A stretch of 64,000 nt of DNA from Spirochaetota bacterium (GTDB taxonomy: Bacteria; Spirochaetota; UBA6919; CBDBPB01), in assembly GCA_965208615.1 (NCBI GenBank), contig CBDBPB010000002.1:96001-160000 (forward strand), given 5' to 3'. The notes beneath the pieces were generated by a model that was not told the origin of the DNA, did not search any database, and worked only from the letters and a program-made list of their open reading frames with translations. The position numbers and the translations under genes are program-made. Positions 19,470-30,400 of the stretch are shown here, one piece after another (the first letter of the stretch is position 1; each line of letters begins with the position of its first letter).

Positions 19470-22189
19470 CAGGATGCGGAGAGGATGATATATCCTGTGA
19501 GGCTCTGGGTGATTGTGATAAAAATGTTGAAAGTCAGCTAGAGAAAGCAAAAGATGAGGTTACAGCTGCAAATAAAGAGGTTAACGATGCAAAGAAAGAG
19601 GTTAAAAAGGATAAAAAATTAACGCCTGAAGAATTAGAAGAAGCAAGAAAAAAATTAGAAGAAGCAAGAAAAAAATTAGAAGAAGCAGAAAAAAGATTAA
19701 AAGAAGCAAAAAAGATATTAGAAAAGCTAGAAGATATGTTCCTTAAGGTTTGCAAGGTAACAAGAACTACGGATGCTTATATTAACGCTGTTACTTGTAA
19801 TAAGACTCTCGAGGATAAGTGTAATGGTGAGTGGGATTCACAAGACTGTATAGCGTCTCTTGGTACGGCAATTGGGGTATGTAGAGTAGAAAAAGATACA
19901 ACTACTCGTACTGACGTTGTTACTTGTAATACGATGGTTCAAAGTGAGTGTGATGACAAACTAGGTGAGTGGGGCTTGCAAAGCTGTACTACAAATCCTG
20001 GTACTAAAAGGCTAAAAGCAGTGCCAGAAGCAATATGCAAGGTAATTAGAGATACAGCTTCTCATGCTAATGTAGTTACTTGTAATACAATGGTTCAAAG
20101 TGAGTGTAGTAAAAGTAAAAGAAAAGGTAATTGGAATCCACAAATCTGTAATCCAGATATTGGTACGCCAATAAGTAAAACCTGTAAGATAATAAAAGAT
20201 TCGGATACTCATACTGATGTTGTTACTTGTCAGACTACTACTAAGGCTGATTGTCCAAGTCCAAGTGTGTGGGATCCAAAAACCTGTATTCCGTCTATTG
20301 GTAATACATGTAAGATAACAGAAAATACGGATAGTCATACCGGCGTTGTTACTTGTAAAAAAACTACTAAGGATGATTGTCAAGGTGAGGGGCGTGCGTG
20401 GGGTCTACTAGCCTGTACTGAGTCTATTGGTACTCCAATAACTAAGACATGCAAAGTGGAAAAAGATACGGATAGTCATACCGGCGTTGTTACTTGTGAT
20501 AAAACTACTAAAACTCAGTGTGATACTGATAAGGGTACCTGGGACCCACCAAGCTGTGAGCCGTCTGATGGTACAAAAAGGCAAACACCAGTGGAAGAAA
20601 AGGTTTGTAAGATAACAAAAGATACGGATACTCATACAGGCGTTGTTACTTGCGATAAGAATATTAAGACTGAGTGTGATACTAAACAAGGTGAGTGGGA
20701 TCCACAAACCTGTACTCCGTTTACTGGTCAGCCCAAGACTAAGATTTGTAAGATAACAACAGAGACGTATACTCATACAGGCGTTGTTACTTGTGATACA
20801 ACTACTAAGGCTCAGTGTGATACTGATAATGGTGATTGGGACTCACAAAGCTGTACTACAAATCCTGGTACGCCTAAGACTAAGGTTTGCAAGATAACAG
20901 AAAATACGCCTACTCGTAGAGGTGTTGTTACTTGTGATACAGCTACTAAAACTCAGTGTGATACTGATAAGGGTGAGTGGGGCTTAAAAAGTTGTACTCC
21001 ATCTAAGGGTAAGGCAATTAAGGTTTGTAAGATAACAACAGAGACGCCTAGTCATACAGGCGTTGTTACTTGTGAGAAAACTACTAAAACTAAGTGTGAT
21101 ACTAAACATGGTGAGTGGGACTCAACAAACTGTACTCCGTCTGCTGGTACGCCCATACCAAATGGTACGCCCATACCACCTGGGGTTGTTTTTGTAAAAG
21201 CTGGAACTCGTACTACTAAAAATGGGAAATCCTGGAATACTGCTTATAGTGATCTTCAAAAAGGTATTGAGGAAGCCTCAGAAAAGTTTAAGTCTACTAA
21301 AAAACCTGTTAAGGTATATGTAGCCCAAGGGACTTATAAGCCTCAGAGTAGGCCAAATGGTGGTACTAGTGATCGTCATAACCATTTTTCATTAAGGAAT
21401 GGTGTAGAGGTTATTGGGGGTTTTCCTGGTCTAATTACTGGTGAGTCTAATAATCCTAACTACTATAAGACTGTCCTAAGCGGTGATATCAGAAGAGTGG
21501 GCGATGATAGTGATAACGCCTATCATGTTTTTTATCATCCAGCTACTGCAAAGCTAGATAACACTGCAAAGTTAGTAGGGGTTATAATTACCAAAGGCAA
21601 TACTAATACTAGTAGTAATTCCCATAGTTCTGGAGGAGGCATGTTTAATTATGAGAGCTCTCCAACGTTAACAAATGTGGAGTTTAATAGTAATACGGCA
21701 TCATACGGAGGGGGCATGGATAATACTAGTAGTAGCTCTCCAACGTTAACAAATGTGGAGTTTAATAGTAATACGGCATCATACGGAGGGGGCATGTTTA
21801 ATTTTAATAATAGCTCTCCAACGTTAAAAGATGTGACTTTTACTAGTAATACGGCTACTTATAGAGGAGGGGGCATGTATAATTATAATGAGAGCTCTCC
21901 CACTTTAACAAATGTGACTTTTACTAGTAATACGGCTAATAGGTACGGAGGGGGCATGGTTAATTGGGGTAATAGCAAGCCCACTTTAGATAATACGGTG
22001 ATTTTTAATAAAAACATTGCTGGTAGTGTTGCTAATAGCCAAATAGGCAAAGGCGGGGCTATTTATAATTATTCCTCAAGCATAACAGGCACACCAACCT
22101 ATGGAACGGGTACTAATGAAAATAAAAAGGTTGTCAAAAATAATAATGGCACATATAAACTTATAAAGTCAAACCTTGACTCAGACTAA
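19470..22189 (+). pseudogene. Adhesin-like lipoprotein A without start codon or signal peptide: coiled coil, 10 Cys-rich repeats and a Pmp-like beta-helix
   Basis: Frame is open from GCGEDD (19472) to 22189. An in-frame TAA lies at 19427 with no start codon before the lipobox. The first 73 bp are identical to 55785-55857. The tracked ATG at 19736 is internal. Confidence 0.78.
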
Positions 22190-22218
22190 TAAGTATATTT
22201 ATTTAGTCCGTTAAAATT

Positions 22219-22245
22219 AAGGGGAGTATAGCTCCTCTTTTTTTT
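22219..22245 (+). terminator. Intrinsic terminator after adhesin A
   Basis: AGGGGAG-tatag-CTCCTCT hairpin followed by a T-tract. Confidence 0.85.
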
Positions 22246-22295
22246 ATGGTTTTTATAACAAAGTAGCATAAATAGCAGTTATAGCATAGATAGAC

Positions 22296-22324
22296 TTGAC
22301 TTATCCTTCTATAAATATTATCCT
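22296..22324 (+). promoter_or_regulatory. Candidate sigma70 promoter for adhesin C
   Basis: TTGACT-N17-TATCCT, about 100 bp upstream of the ATG at 22428. Confidence 0.5.
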
Positions 22325-22427
22325 ATGTGATAGAACAAGTTAATTTACTTTTAATTCTATAGTTTTTAATAAAAAGTTGTTTTTTGTTTAGTTTGAGTTA
22401 TCTTATAAAAAAACAAGGAATTAAGTT

Positions 22428-23801
22428 ATGACAAAAAAGAATTATTTAAACATTTTAATAATACTATTAATTAGTATTTCGTTAGTTAGGGGCAAGTGCG
22501 ATTCCGATAAGGTAATAAGTCCTCCTTCTGATGGTACAGAAAGGCCAGAACCAGTGGAAGAAAAGGTTTGTAAGATAACAACAGATACGGATACTCGTAG
22601 AGGTGTTGTTACTTGTGAAAAGAATACTACTAATTGTCAAGGTGAGTGGGTCGTAGGATGTCGTCCATCTAACGGTATACTTATTCCAAAAGCTCAAAAA
22701 GATCAAATTTTTGTAAAAGCTTTAAACCAAGATGAAAGGCGCTCTAATGAAGATGGAAAGTCCTGGACAACTGCCTTTAGTGATCTTCAAAAAGGTATTA
22801 AGTATGCTTTTGAGAATAATAAAAAGATGGTATATGTAGCCCAAGGGACTTATAAGCCTACTAGTTATCCAAATGGTGGTAGTGGTGATGATCGTTATAA
22901 GCATTTTTCATTAAGGAATGGTATAGAGGTTATTGGAGGCTTTCCCGGTGAAAAGCTTGATGAGCCTAATAATCCTGAGCAATATGAGACTATTCTAAGC
23001 GGTGATATTGGAACTAAAGATGATAGAGATAACGTCTATCATGTTTTTTATCATCCTGATGGTACAAACCTAAATAACTCAGCAAAGCTAGCTGGGGTTA
23101 CAATTACCCAAGGCTATGCTTATTTTGCGTCTCCTGATGTTAATGAGCCTCGTAAGTTAGGAGGGGGCATGTATAATTTTAAGAGCTCTCCAACGTTAAC
23201 AACTGTGACTTTTCGTAATAATACGGCTAGAGATGGAGGGGGCATGTATAATTTTAAGAGCTCTCCAACGTTAACAGGTGTGGCTTTTACTGAAAATACG
23301 GCTATTACCGGAGGGGGCATGCGTAATTATAAGGATAGCTCCCCAACGTTAAAAGATGTGACTTTTACTAAAAATGAGGCTACTGTTAACGGAGGGGGCA
23401 TGCATAATTGGGATAATAGCTCTCCAAAGTTAACAGATGTGACTTTTACTAAGAATAAGGCTACTATTAACGGAGGGGGCGGCATGTATAATTATTATTA
23501 TAGCTCCCCAAAGTTAACAGGTGTGACTTTTAATAGTAATACGGCTAGTAGGTACGGAGGGGGCATGTTTAATTTTGTTGGTTGCTCTCCAGAGTTCATA
23601 AGTAATGTGGTTTTTAATAAAAACATTGTTGGTAGTGTTGGTAGTGACCTAATAAGCTACGGCGGGGCTATTTATAATAGTAAGACTTCAGCCATAACAG
23701 GCACTCCAACCTATGGAACGGGTGATGATGAAAATAAAAAGGTTGTCAAAAATACAGATGGCACATATAGTTTTGTAAAGTCAAACAGTTGGCCATGGTA
23801 A
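22428..23801 (+). CDS. Adhesin-like lipoprotein C: one Cys-rich repeat and a right-handed beta-helix
   Basis: Signal peptide ending LVRGK-C; DGKSWTTAFSDLQ and VAQGTYKP cap; GGGMYN..SP.L..VTF..N repeats; paralogue of A and B. Confidence 0.85.
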   Translation: MTKKNYLNILIILLISISLVRGKCDSDKVISPPSDGTERPEPVEEKVCKITTDTDTRRGVVTCEKNTTNCQGEWVVGCRPSNGILIPKAQKDQIFVKALNQDERRSNEDGKSWTTAFSDLQKGIKYAFENNKKMVYVAQGTYKPTSYPNGGSGDDRYKHFSLRNGIEVIGGFPGEKLDEPNNPEQYETILSGDIGTKDDRDNVYHVFYHPDGTNLNNSAKLAGVTITQGYAYFASPDVNEPRKLGGGMYNFKSSPTLTTVTFRNNTARDGGGMYNFKSSPTLTGVAFTENTAITGGGMRNYKDSSPTLKDVTFTKNEATVNGGGMHNWDNSSPKLTDVTFTKNKATINGGGGMYNYYYSSPKLTGVTFNSNTASRYGGGMFNFVGCSPEFISNVVFNKNIVGSVGSDLISYGGAIYNSKTSAITGTPTYGTGDDENKKVVKNTDGTYSFVKSNSWPW

Positions 23802-23913
23802 TAAGTATATTTATTTAGTCCGTTAAAATTAAGGGGAGCATAGCTCCTCTTTTTTTTATGGTTTTTATAACAAAGTAGCATAAATAGCAGTTATAGCATA
23901 GATAGACTTGACT
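23799..23913. repeat. 115-bp 3' tail duplicated from 22187-22301
   Basis: Near-identical from the stop codon through the terminator to gacttgact. Confidence 0.9.
23831..23857 (+). terminator. Intrinsic terminator after adhesin C
   Basis: AGGGGAG-catag-CTCCTCT hairpin followed by a T-tract. Confidence 0.85.
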
Positions 23914-23958
23914 ATATATTTAATTTTGATATATATTTTTATAGTGCATAGAAGACTA

Positions 23959-24153
23959 TTAAGCTTTAAGATTTATCATATTGCTTAGCCAAGGAATGAT
24001 ATTACTATTAATTTGTGGGGCTTGAGCCTGTTTTTTTATAAGGTGCAAAGCAAGGTCATGTTTAATTTGGATAGCTTTTTCAATTGTATTTAGTTGAGCT
24101 TGTTGATGGGCATTTTGCATAGCTACTGCATTAGTTGTTTGTACAATATTCAT
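23959..24153 (-). CDS. Small YjfB-like (putative motility) protein
   Basis: AAGGAG SD; 64 aa with a TIEKAIQ core and a PWLSNMINLKA ending typical of this family. Confidence 0.55.
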   Translation of the reverse strand: MNIVQTTNAVAMQNAHQQAQLNTIEKAIQIKHDLALHLIKKQAQAPQINSNIIPWLSNMINLKA

Positions 24154-24353
24154 TTTAACTCCTTTTTATAATTAAAGTATCGGTAATATATAATTTAATA
24201 CAAGGATTATAATATAAAAATAAATTTTATATACTTGTTAAATTATGTTTAGATAGCTTATAATAAATCTTATTTTTTTTTAAATTAACTTGTATTATGT
24301 TGTATTTCTTTTTATAATTTACGAGTTAAGTAATTTTAAATATTATTGTATAC

Positions 24354-24398
24354 AAAGCTATTTAACTATAATAAAGCTATTTAACTATAATAAAGCTA
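24354..24398. repeat. 19-bp tandem repeat containing TATAAT upstream of nuoA
   Basis: aaagctatttaactataat twice, followed by aaagcta. Confidence 0.8.
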
Positions 24399-24417
24399 AT
24401 ATGAGTTAACAGAGTTT

Positions 24418-24775
24418 ATGAGAGAAGAATTTATACCTATTGTTATATATACGGCTTTAGTTGTTGGTTTAGGTCTTTTATTTTTACTTATGTCGAGGTA
24501 TATTGGGCCAATAAAAAAGTCTAAGCAGAAGTATGATCCTTATGAGTGTGGAGTAGAGCCAATAGATTCTTTAAGAAAGAGGTTTCATATAAGGTTTTTA
24601 CTTAATAGCTGCGTTATTTATTTTGTTTGACATTGAAACTGTATTTTTATTGCCATGGGCGGTAACTTTTGCTGATATGACTATATTAGCTATAGTTGAG
24701 GTTGTTGTATTCATAGGTATTTTGGCTATTGGACTATTATATATTATTAAAAAGAAGGTATTTCAATGGGATTAG
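24418..24775 (+). CDS. nuoA: NADH-quinone oxidoreductase subunit A (frameshift near 24598)
   Basis: PYECG; the shifted frame continues YLIAALFILFDIETVFLLPWA...FQWD*. Confidence 0.9.
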
Positions 24776-25252
24776 AGTCTCATTTACATGGTTTTATTAC
24801 TACTAAGCTTGACAAGCTGGTTAATTGGGGACGAAAGAACTCATTATGGGCCTATGCCTTTTGGGGTAGCATGTTGTGCAATAGAGTTTATGGGTTTACT
24901 TTGTTCACGGTTTGATTTAGCTCGATTTGGAGCTGAGGTAATACGTTTTTCTCCAAGACAGTCTGATTTACTTATTATATCTGGTAGGATATCTATCAAG
25001 ATGTTGCCTGTTCTAATAAAGATTTATGAGCAGATGCCTGCACCAAAGTGGGTTATTAGTGTTGGAGCTTGTTGTTCATCTGGGGGAGTGTTTGATACAT
25101 ATACTCTTATACAGGGTGTGGATCAGTTTATACCTGTTGATTGTTATGTACCTGGTTGTCCACCAAGGCCAGAGGCATTTATAGAGGCTCTTATGTTCAT
25201 TCAGAAAAAGATAGACAGCGAAAGAATACAGGATAACATACACGGAAAGTAA
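24766..25252 (+). CDS. nuoB: NADH-quinone oxidoreductase subunit B (5' frameshifts)
   Basis: MGLE..TTKLDKLVNWGRKNSLW in alternate frames; ACCAIE, FSPRQSD and PGCPPRPE. Confidence 0.93.
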
Positions 25253-25254
25253 TT

Positions 25255-25785
25255 ATGGATAATGATTCGGTAATTCAGCTATTAAAGTATAATTTAAACG
25301 ATAAGATTATTAACCACTCTATATTTAGGGGGCTTTTGTCTATAGATATTATGGCTAGTTCTATTTTAGATATGGTATCTTTACTTAGGGCTAATGAGAA
25401 GTTAGATTTTTCTATGTTGATTGACATATCTGGGGTGGACTATTCTGACTTTACTGATGATTTACCTGTTAACAGTCGTTTTGGGGTTATTTATATATTT
25501 TATTCTTTTGCAAATGATTTAAGGATTAAGGTTAGGGCATTTATACCTGATGATAAGCCTGAGATAGATTCTATTTATGGTGAGTTTAAGGGTGCGGATT
25601 GGACTGAGAGAGAGATTTATGATATGTATGGTATTAGTTTTAGGGGGCATCCTAACTTGGAGCGTATACTAATGCCAGATTATTATAAACATCACCCACT
25701 ACGTAAGGACTATCCTCTTAGGGGATTGGGAGAGAGAACTAACTTTCCTAAATATAACATATATGACAAGTTGAATAGAGAGTAA
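25255..25785 (+). CDS. nuoC: NADH-quinone oxidoreductase subunit C
   Basis: WTEREIYDMYGISFRGHPNLERIL and HPLRKDYPL. Confidence 0.95.
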   Translation: MDNDSVIQLLKYNLNDKIINHSIFRGLLSIDIMASSILDMVSLLRANEKLDFSMLIDISGVDYSDFTDDLPVNSRFGVIYIFYSFANDLRIKVRAFIPDDKPEIDSIYGEFKGADWTEREIYDMYGISFRGHPNLERILMPDYYKHHPLRKDYPLRGLGERTNFPKYNIYDKLNRE

Positions 25786-25786
25786 T

Positions 25787-27000
25787 ATGAGTGGTTATAT
25801 TTTTTGACATAGAAGAAGAGATTGACTCTACCATTACAATTAATGTTGGGCCTAATCATCCTGCGACTCATGGTACTCTTAGGCTTAAGGTTGAGATGGA
25901 TGGTGAGCGTATTATAAACTGTGAGCCAGAGATAGGTTTTTTACATACTGGTTTTGAGAAGCTTGCAGAGGATCGTAGTTACAATCAGTTTATAACTATG
26001 ACTGATCGTATGAATTATATATCCCCTCTTAATAATAACATAGGTTTTGCTATTGCTGCAGAGGAGCTTTTAGCTATTGAAGTACCTGAGAGAGCCCAAA
26101 TTATACGGGTTATTATGGCGGAGCTATCTAGGATATCTGATCATATAATATGCGTTGGTTTACAGGGTATGGACCTTGGTGCATTTAGTGTATTTTTATG
26201 GACTATGGTAGAGAGGGAGAGGTTATATGATATATTTGAGCTTGTTACTGGTGCAAGACTGACTACTAGTTACACTCGTGTAGGGGGTTTAGCTTTTGAT
26301 GTACCTTCTGACTTTGCTGAGAGAGTATTAAAGACCCTTGTTACTATAGAGAAGTGCATTGCCGAGATTGAGCTTATGCTATCCAAGAATAGGCTTTTTA
26401 TTGACCGTTGCAAGGGTATTGGTTATTTGTCTAAGGAGGATGCTCTTAGTTATGGTATTACTGGTCCTATATTACGGGCTAGTGGCGTAAATTATGATAT
26501 TAGGAAGGTTAAGCCTTATTCGTCTTATGATAGGTTTGATTTTCTTATACCTGTTGAGCATGCTGGTGATAGTTATGCACGTTATATTGTTCGCATAGAG
26601 GAGATGAAGCAGAGTGTGAGTATTGTAAGGCAGGCTTTAAAGGTTTTACCTGGTGGAGAGGTTAATTATTTTAACAAGAAGCACATATTACCGAATAAGG
26701 ATAAAACTTATAATGATATGGAGTCACTGATTCATCATTTTAAGGTAATAATGCCAGATGGAGATCATGGTATACATCCACCTATTGGAGAGGTATACTC
26801 ATCTACTGAGGTACCCAATGGAGAACTAGGTTTTCATGTTGTTAGTGATGGGACTTATAAGCCTTATAGGTTAAGGGTTAGGCCTCCATCTATTTTTAAC
26901 TATCAGTGTTTTGATAAGTTATCAAAAGGACATTTAGTTGCAGATATACCTGCTATTCTTAGTAGTTTAAAATATCGTAGCTGGCGAATTAGATAGATAA
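25787..27000 (+). CDS. nuoD: NADH-quinone oxidoreductase subunit D (terminal frameshifts)
   Basis: GPNHPATHGTLRL and GELG; the true end NIVAGELDR* is in a shifted frame. Confidence 0.95.
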
Positions 27001-27013
27001 AGGTTTTAGGACG

Positions 27014-27487
27014 ATGCTAAAAGAGTTTTCCAAAGAGATGAGAGAAGAGTTAGACAGGCTTATAACTGTATTACCTAATAAGAAGGCGGTGTTATTACCT
27101 GCACTTCGTATTGCTGAGGAAAAGTTTGGCTTTGTTGATAGTGAGTCTTGTAAGTTAGTGGCTGGTATTTTAGGCTTATCTCCTTCTTATGTATACGGTA
27201 CTCTTACCTTTTATACTCATTATAAGAGGGAGTTTCATGGTAAGTATAGGATTATGGTATGCAGTACTTTGATGTGTTCTTTAAGGAATAGCAAGGGTAT
27301 TTTAGAACATATAAAGGCTAGGCTGGGTATTGATGTTGGTGAAAAGACTGAGGATGGTAAGTTTTCTATAGAGAAGGTTGAGTGCCTAGCTAGTTGTGGT
27401 ACTGCTCCTTCCATACAAATAAATGATGATTTTTACGAGAATATGACTATAGAGAAGGTAGATGAGATATTAGATAGTTTGGATTAG
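27014..27487 (+). CDS. nuoE: NADH-quinone oxidoreductase subunit E
   Basis: CSTLMC and VECLASCGTAP 2Fe-2S motifs. Confidence 0.95.
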   Translation: MLKEFSKEMREELDRLITVLPNKKAVLLPALRIAEEKFGFVDSESCKLVAGILGLSPSYVYGTLTFYTHYKREFHGKYRIMVCSTLMCSLRNSKGILEHIKARLGIDVGEKTEDGKFSIEKVECLASCGTAPSIQINDDFYENMTIEKVDEILDSLD

Positions 27488-27538
27488 TGGGTCATAGTTT
27501 AATTAAGTTATGGTGATATTAGTTTTGAGGTAATAGAG

Positions 27539-28783
27539 TTGGCATTTGAACCTATTTTATTAAAGAATATTAAGCTAGGCGGGGCTTTAGGCATTGAGTC
27601 TTATATGTCAGGTGGGGGATATAAAGCGGCAAAGAAGGCTATAGCAATGGACCCTAAGGCTGTGACTAAAGAGGTTAAAGACTCTGGCTTAAGGGGACGT
27701 GGTGGTGCTGGTTTCCCTACTGGTATGAAGTGGAGTTTTGTTCCTGATAATATTAAGCCTGTTTATCTTGCTTGTAATGCCGATGAGAGTGAGCCTGGAA
27801 CGTTTAAGGATAGGTATATAATAGAGAAAGACCCTCATCAACTTATTGAGGGTATTATTATTTGTTGTTGGGCTATACAATCTAACACGGCATTTATATA
27901 TATACGGGGTGAGTTCCCTTATGGTGCTAGGGTATTAAAGAACGCTATACAAGAGGCTAAAAATAAGGGTTTTGTTGGTAGTAATATATTTGATAGTGGT
28001 TTTGATTTAGATATTATTGTTGTACGGGGTGCTGGAGCTTATATTTGTGGTGAGGAGACTGCATTATTGACGTCTATAGAGGGTTCAAGAGGTTATCCTA
28101 AATTGAAGCCTCCTTTTCCTGCTGTAGTGGGTTTATTTAAGAAGCCTACAATTATTAATAATGTTGAGACTCTTGCCAATCTACCTCATATTATTAACAA
28201 TGGGGCAAAGTGGCATAAGAGTTTTGGTACTGAGAAGAGTCCTGGCTTTAAGATATTTTGTGTTAGTGGTCTTGTTAATAAGCCTGGGGTATATGAGTTG
28301 CCATTGGGTACTCCGTTAAGAGAGATTATATACGATCATGCAGGGGGAGTATTAAACAACAAAAAGATTAAGGCGGTTATACCAGGGGGATCATCCACAC
28401 CTATTCTTACTGAGGATCAGTTAGATACAGCTATGGATTATGAGTCTTTACAAGAGGCTGGATCTATGTTGGGTTCTGGTGGTATTACTGTTTTAGATGA
28501 GAGCAACTGCATGGTGGATGCAATTTTTAATTTAATTAGGTTTTACCATCATGAGTCATGTGGGCAGTGTACCCCTTGTCGTGAGGGTACTGGTTGGCTT
28601 GAGAAGATTATATCCAGGATAAAAAATGGAAGTGGTCTTAAAGAGGATATTGATCTAATACTGGAAATATGTGATAATATGGAGGGTAAAACTATTTGTC
28701 CTTTATCTGATGCTGCGGTTATGCCGACTAGGAGCTATGTTCAAAGGTTTAGGCACGAGTTTGAAGCGTATATAAAAGAATAG
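27539..28783 (+). CDS. nuoF: NADH-quinone oxidoreductase subunit F
   Basis: GRGGAGF, NADESEPG, YICGEETAL and ESCGQCTPCREG. Confidence 0.97.
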   Translation: MAFEPILLKNIKLGGALGIESYMSGGGYKAAKKAIAMDPKAVTKEVKDSGLRGRGGAGFPTGMKWSFVPDNIKPVYLACNADESEPGTFKDRYIIEKDPHQLIEGIIICCWAIQSNTAFIYIRGEFPYGARVLKNAIQEAKNKGFVGSNIFDSGFDLDIIVVRGAGAYICGEETALLTSIEGSRGYPKLKPPFPAVVGLFKKPTIINNVETLANLPHIINNGAKWHKSFGTEKSPGFKIFCVSGLVNKPGVYELPLGTPLREIIYDHAGGVLNNKKIKAVIPGGSSTPILTEDQLDTAMDYESLQEAGSMLGSGGITVLDESNCMVDAIFNLIRFYHHESCGQCTPCREGTGWLEKIISRIKNGSGLKEDIDLILEICDNMEGKTICPLSDAAVMPTRSYVQRFRHEFEAYIKE

Positions 28784-28801
28784 CGTTAAGGGTTTGTTTA
28801 A

Positions 28802-30360
28802 ATGCCAGAGGTAAATAAGTTATTAAGTGTTACAATTGACGGTCAGAAGTATGAGGTTAAGGAAGGTTTAACTGTACTACAGGCATGTTTAGATTTTGGT
28901 ATTGATGTGCCTTATTTTTGTTATCATCCTTGTTTATCTACTGCTGGTAATTGTAGGATGTGTTTAGTTAAAATAGATAAAATACCTAAGCTTGCTATAT
29001 CATGTGCTACTATGGTTGCTGAGGGGATGAACATATACACTAAAGACCCAGAGGTAATTAAGGCTCGTAATGCTATTATGGAGTTTTTATTAATAAATCA
29101 TCCACTTGACTGTCCTGTATGTGATCAGGCTGGTGAATGTACTTTACAGGACTACTCATACCGACATGGGAGAGATTCGGGCAGGTTTACCGAAGAGCGT
29201 AATGTTAGGCACAAAAAAGACTTTGGGCCAAATGTCAAATATTGGGGTAGTCGGTGTATTATGTGTACAAGGTGTATACGTTTTTGTCAGGAGGTTAGTG
29301 GTACTGACGAGTTATACGCTTTTAACAGAGGGGATCGTTCTGTAATTGATATATTCCCTGGCATAGAGCTTAATAATCCATTATCTATGAATGTGGTTGA
29401 TATTTGTCCTGTTGGAGCTTTAGTTAGTTCTCATTTTTTATATCAGGCACGGGTATGGAATATGGAGCAAAGGCATAGCCTATGTATAGAGTGTTCTACT
29501 GGATGTCATAACTAGGGTTGATTCTTTAGGCAATAGGATTAAGCGTATAGTACCTAGTTCAAATGATCGATTTATGTGTGATCATGGTAGGCTAAGTTAT
29601 GGATATATGTATTCTGAGGATAGGCTTCGTTATCCTTTGGTTAATGGGGATAAGTTAGCTTCGTGGTCAAAGGTAATGTCCGTATTTAGGGATAAGATAA
29701 GACGGTATGCTAGTAAGTCTAGTAGGTTAGCTTTTTTGATTTCTGCATGGAATACTAATGAGGCTATGTTTATGGTTAACAGGCTTAAGGATAGTTGCTT
29801 AGACAAGAGTGACGTCTATTTGTATTATAAGCCTGATGAAGAGGATAAGGTTTTTCCTAAGTTTAGGATTAGTGGTGATCGTAATCCTAATATAAATGGT
29901 TTTAAGGCGGTTTTTAAAACGGGTGACATTAAAAAGCACTCAGTTAATTTATTAGTAGATAGGGTTAAGGCTAAAGAGGTTGATGTAGTTATAATAATAG
30001 GGGGTATATCCAGTGGATATATGCCTGAGAGTATTACTAATGTTTTATCTGATCTTAAAGATGTTATTGTAATAGATTATATTAGTTCATCTTTTAGTAA
30101 GGCTGCGAGTTTGGTTTTACCTTCACTTAGTTATGCTGAGAAGGCTGGTAGTTATGTTAATGATCAGCTTAAGGTTAAAGCTGTTAAGCCTGTTATCAAT
30201 CCTTTTACCCCTGGTAAGTCAGAAGATGTTATTTTACAAGAGCTTATCATTGCCCTATCAGAAAAAGGTGAGGTTTTTATCTACTGCTGATATATTTGAT
30301 GAGATGAATAGACAAGGAGTTTTTGATAGTTTAGTTAGTGAAGTAGGAGTAAAGAGCTAG
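28802..30360 (+). CDS. nuoG: NADH-quinone oxidoreductase subunit G, short form (frameshifts near 29510 and 30275)
   Basis: PYFCYHP, NCRMC, HPLDCPVCDQAGEC, CIMCTRC, CPVGAL, CDHGR and AEKAGSYVN. Confidence 0.9.
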
Positions 30361-30400
30361 CATTAAGTATTTAATTTTTGTTATATAGGGGTTTAGTAAC

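Noticed and set aside
19736-22189. Intact 817-aa gene starting at ATG 19736
   Set aside because: The frame extends 88 codons upstream and matches the mature N-terminus of paralogue B; there is no clear SD or signal peptide at 19736.
19534-23320. Minus-strand ORFs overlapping the adhesins (also 55758-57927) and the nuo/ccoI genes
   Set aside because: They are antisense shadows of repetitive or strongly biased coding sequence.
19736-23801. Diversity-generating retroelement target/template pair
   Set aside because: There is no reverse transcriptase in the window, and differences between copies are not visibly restricted to adenines.
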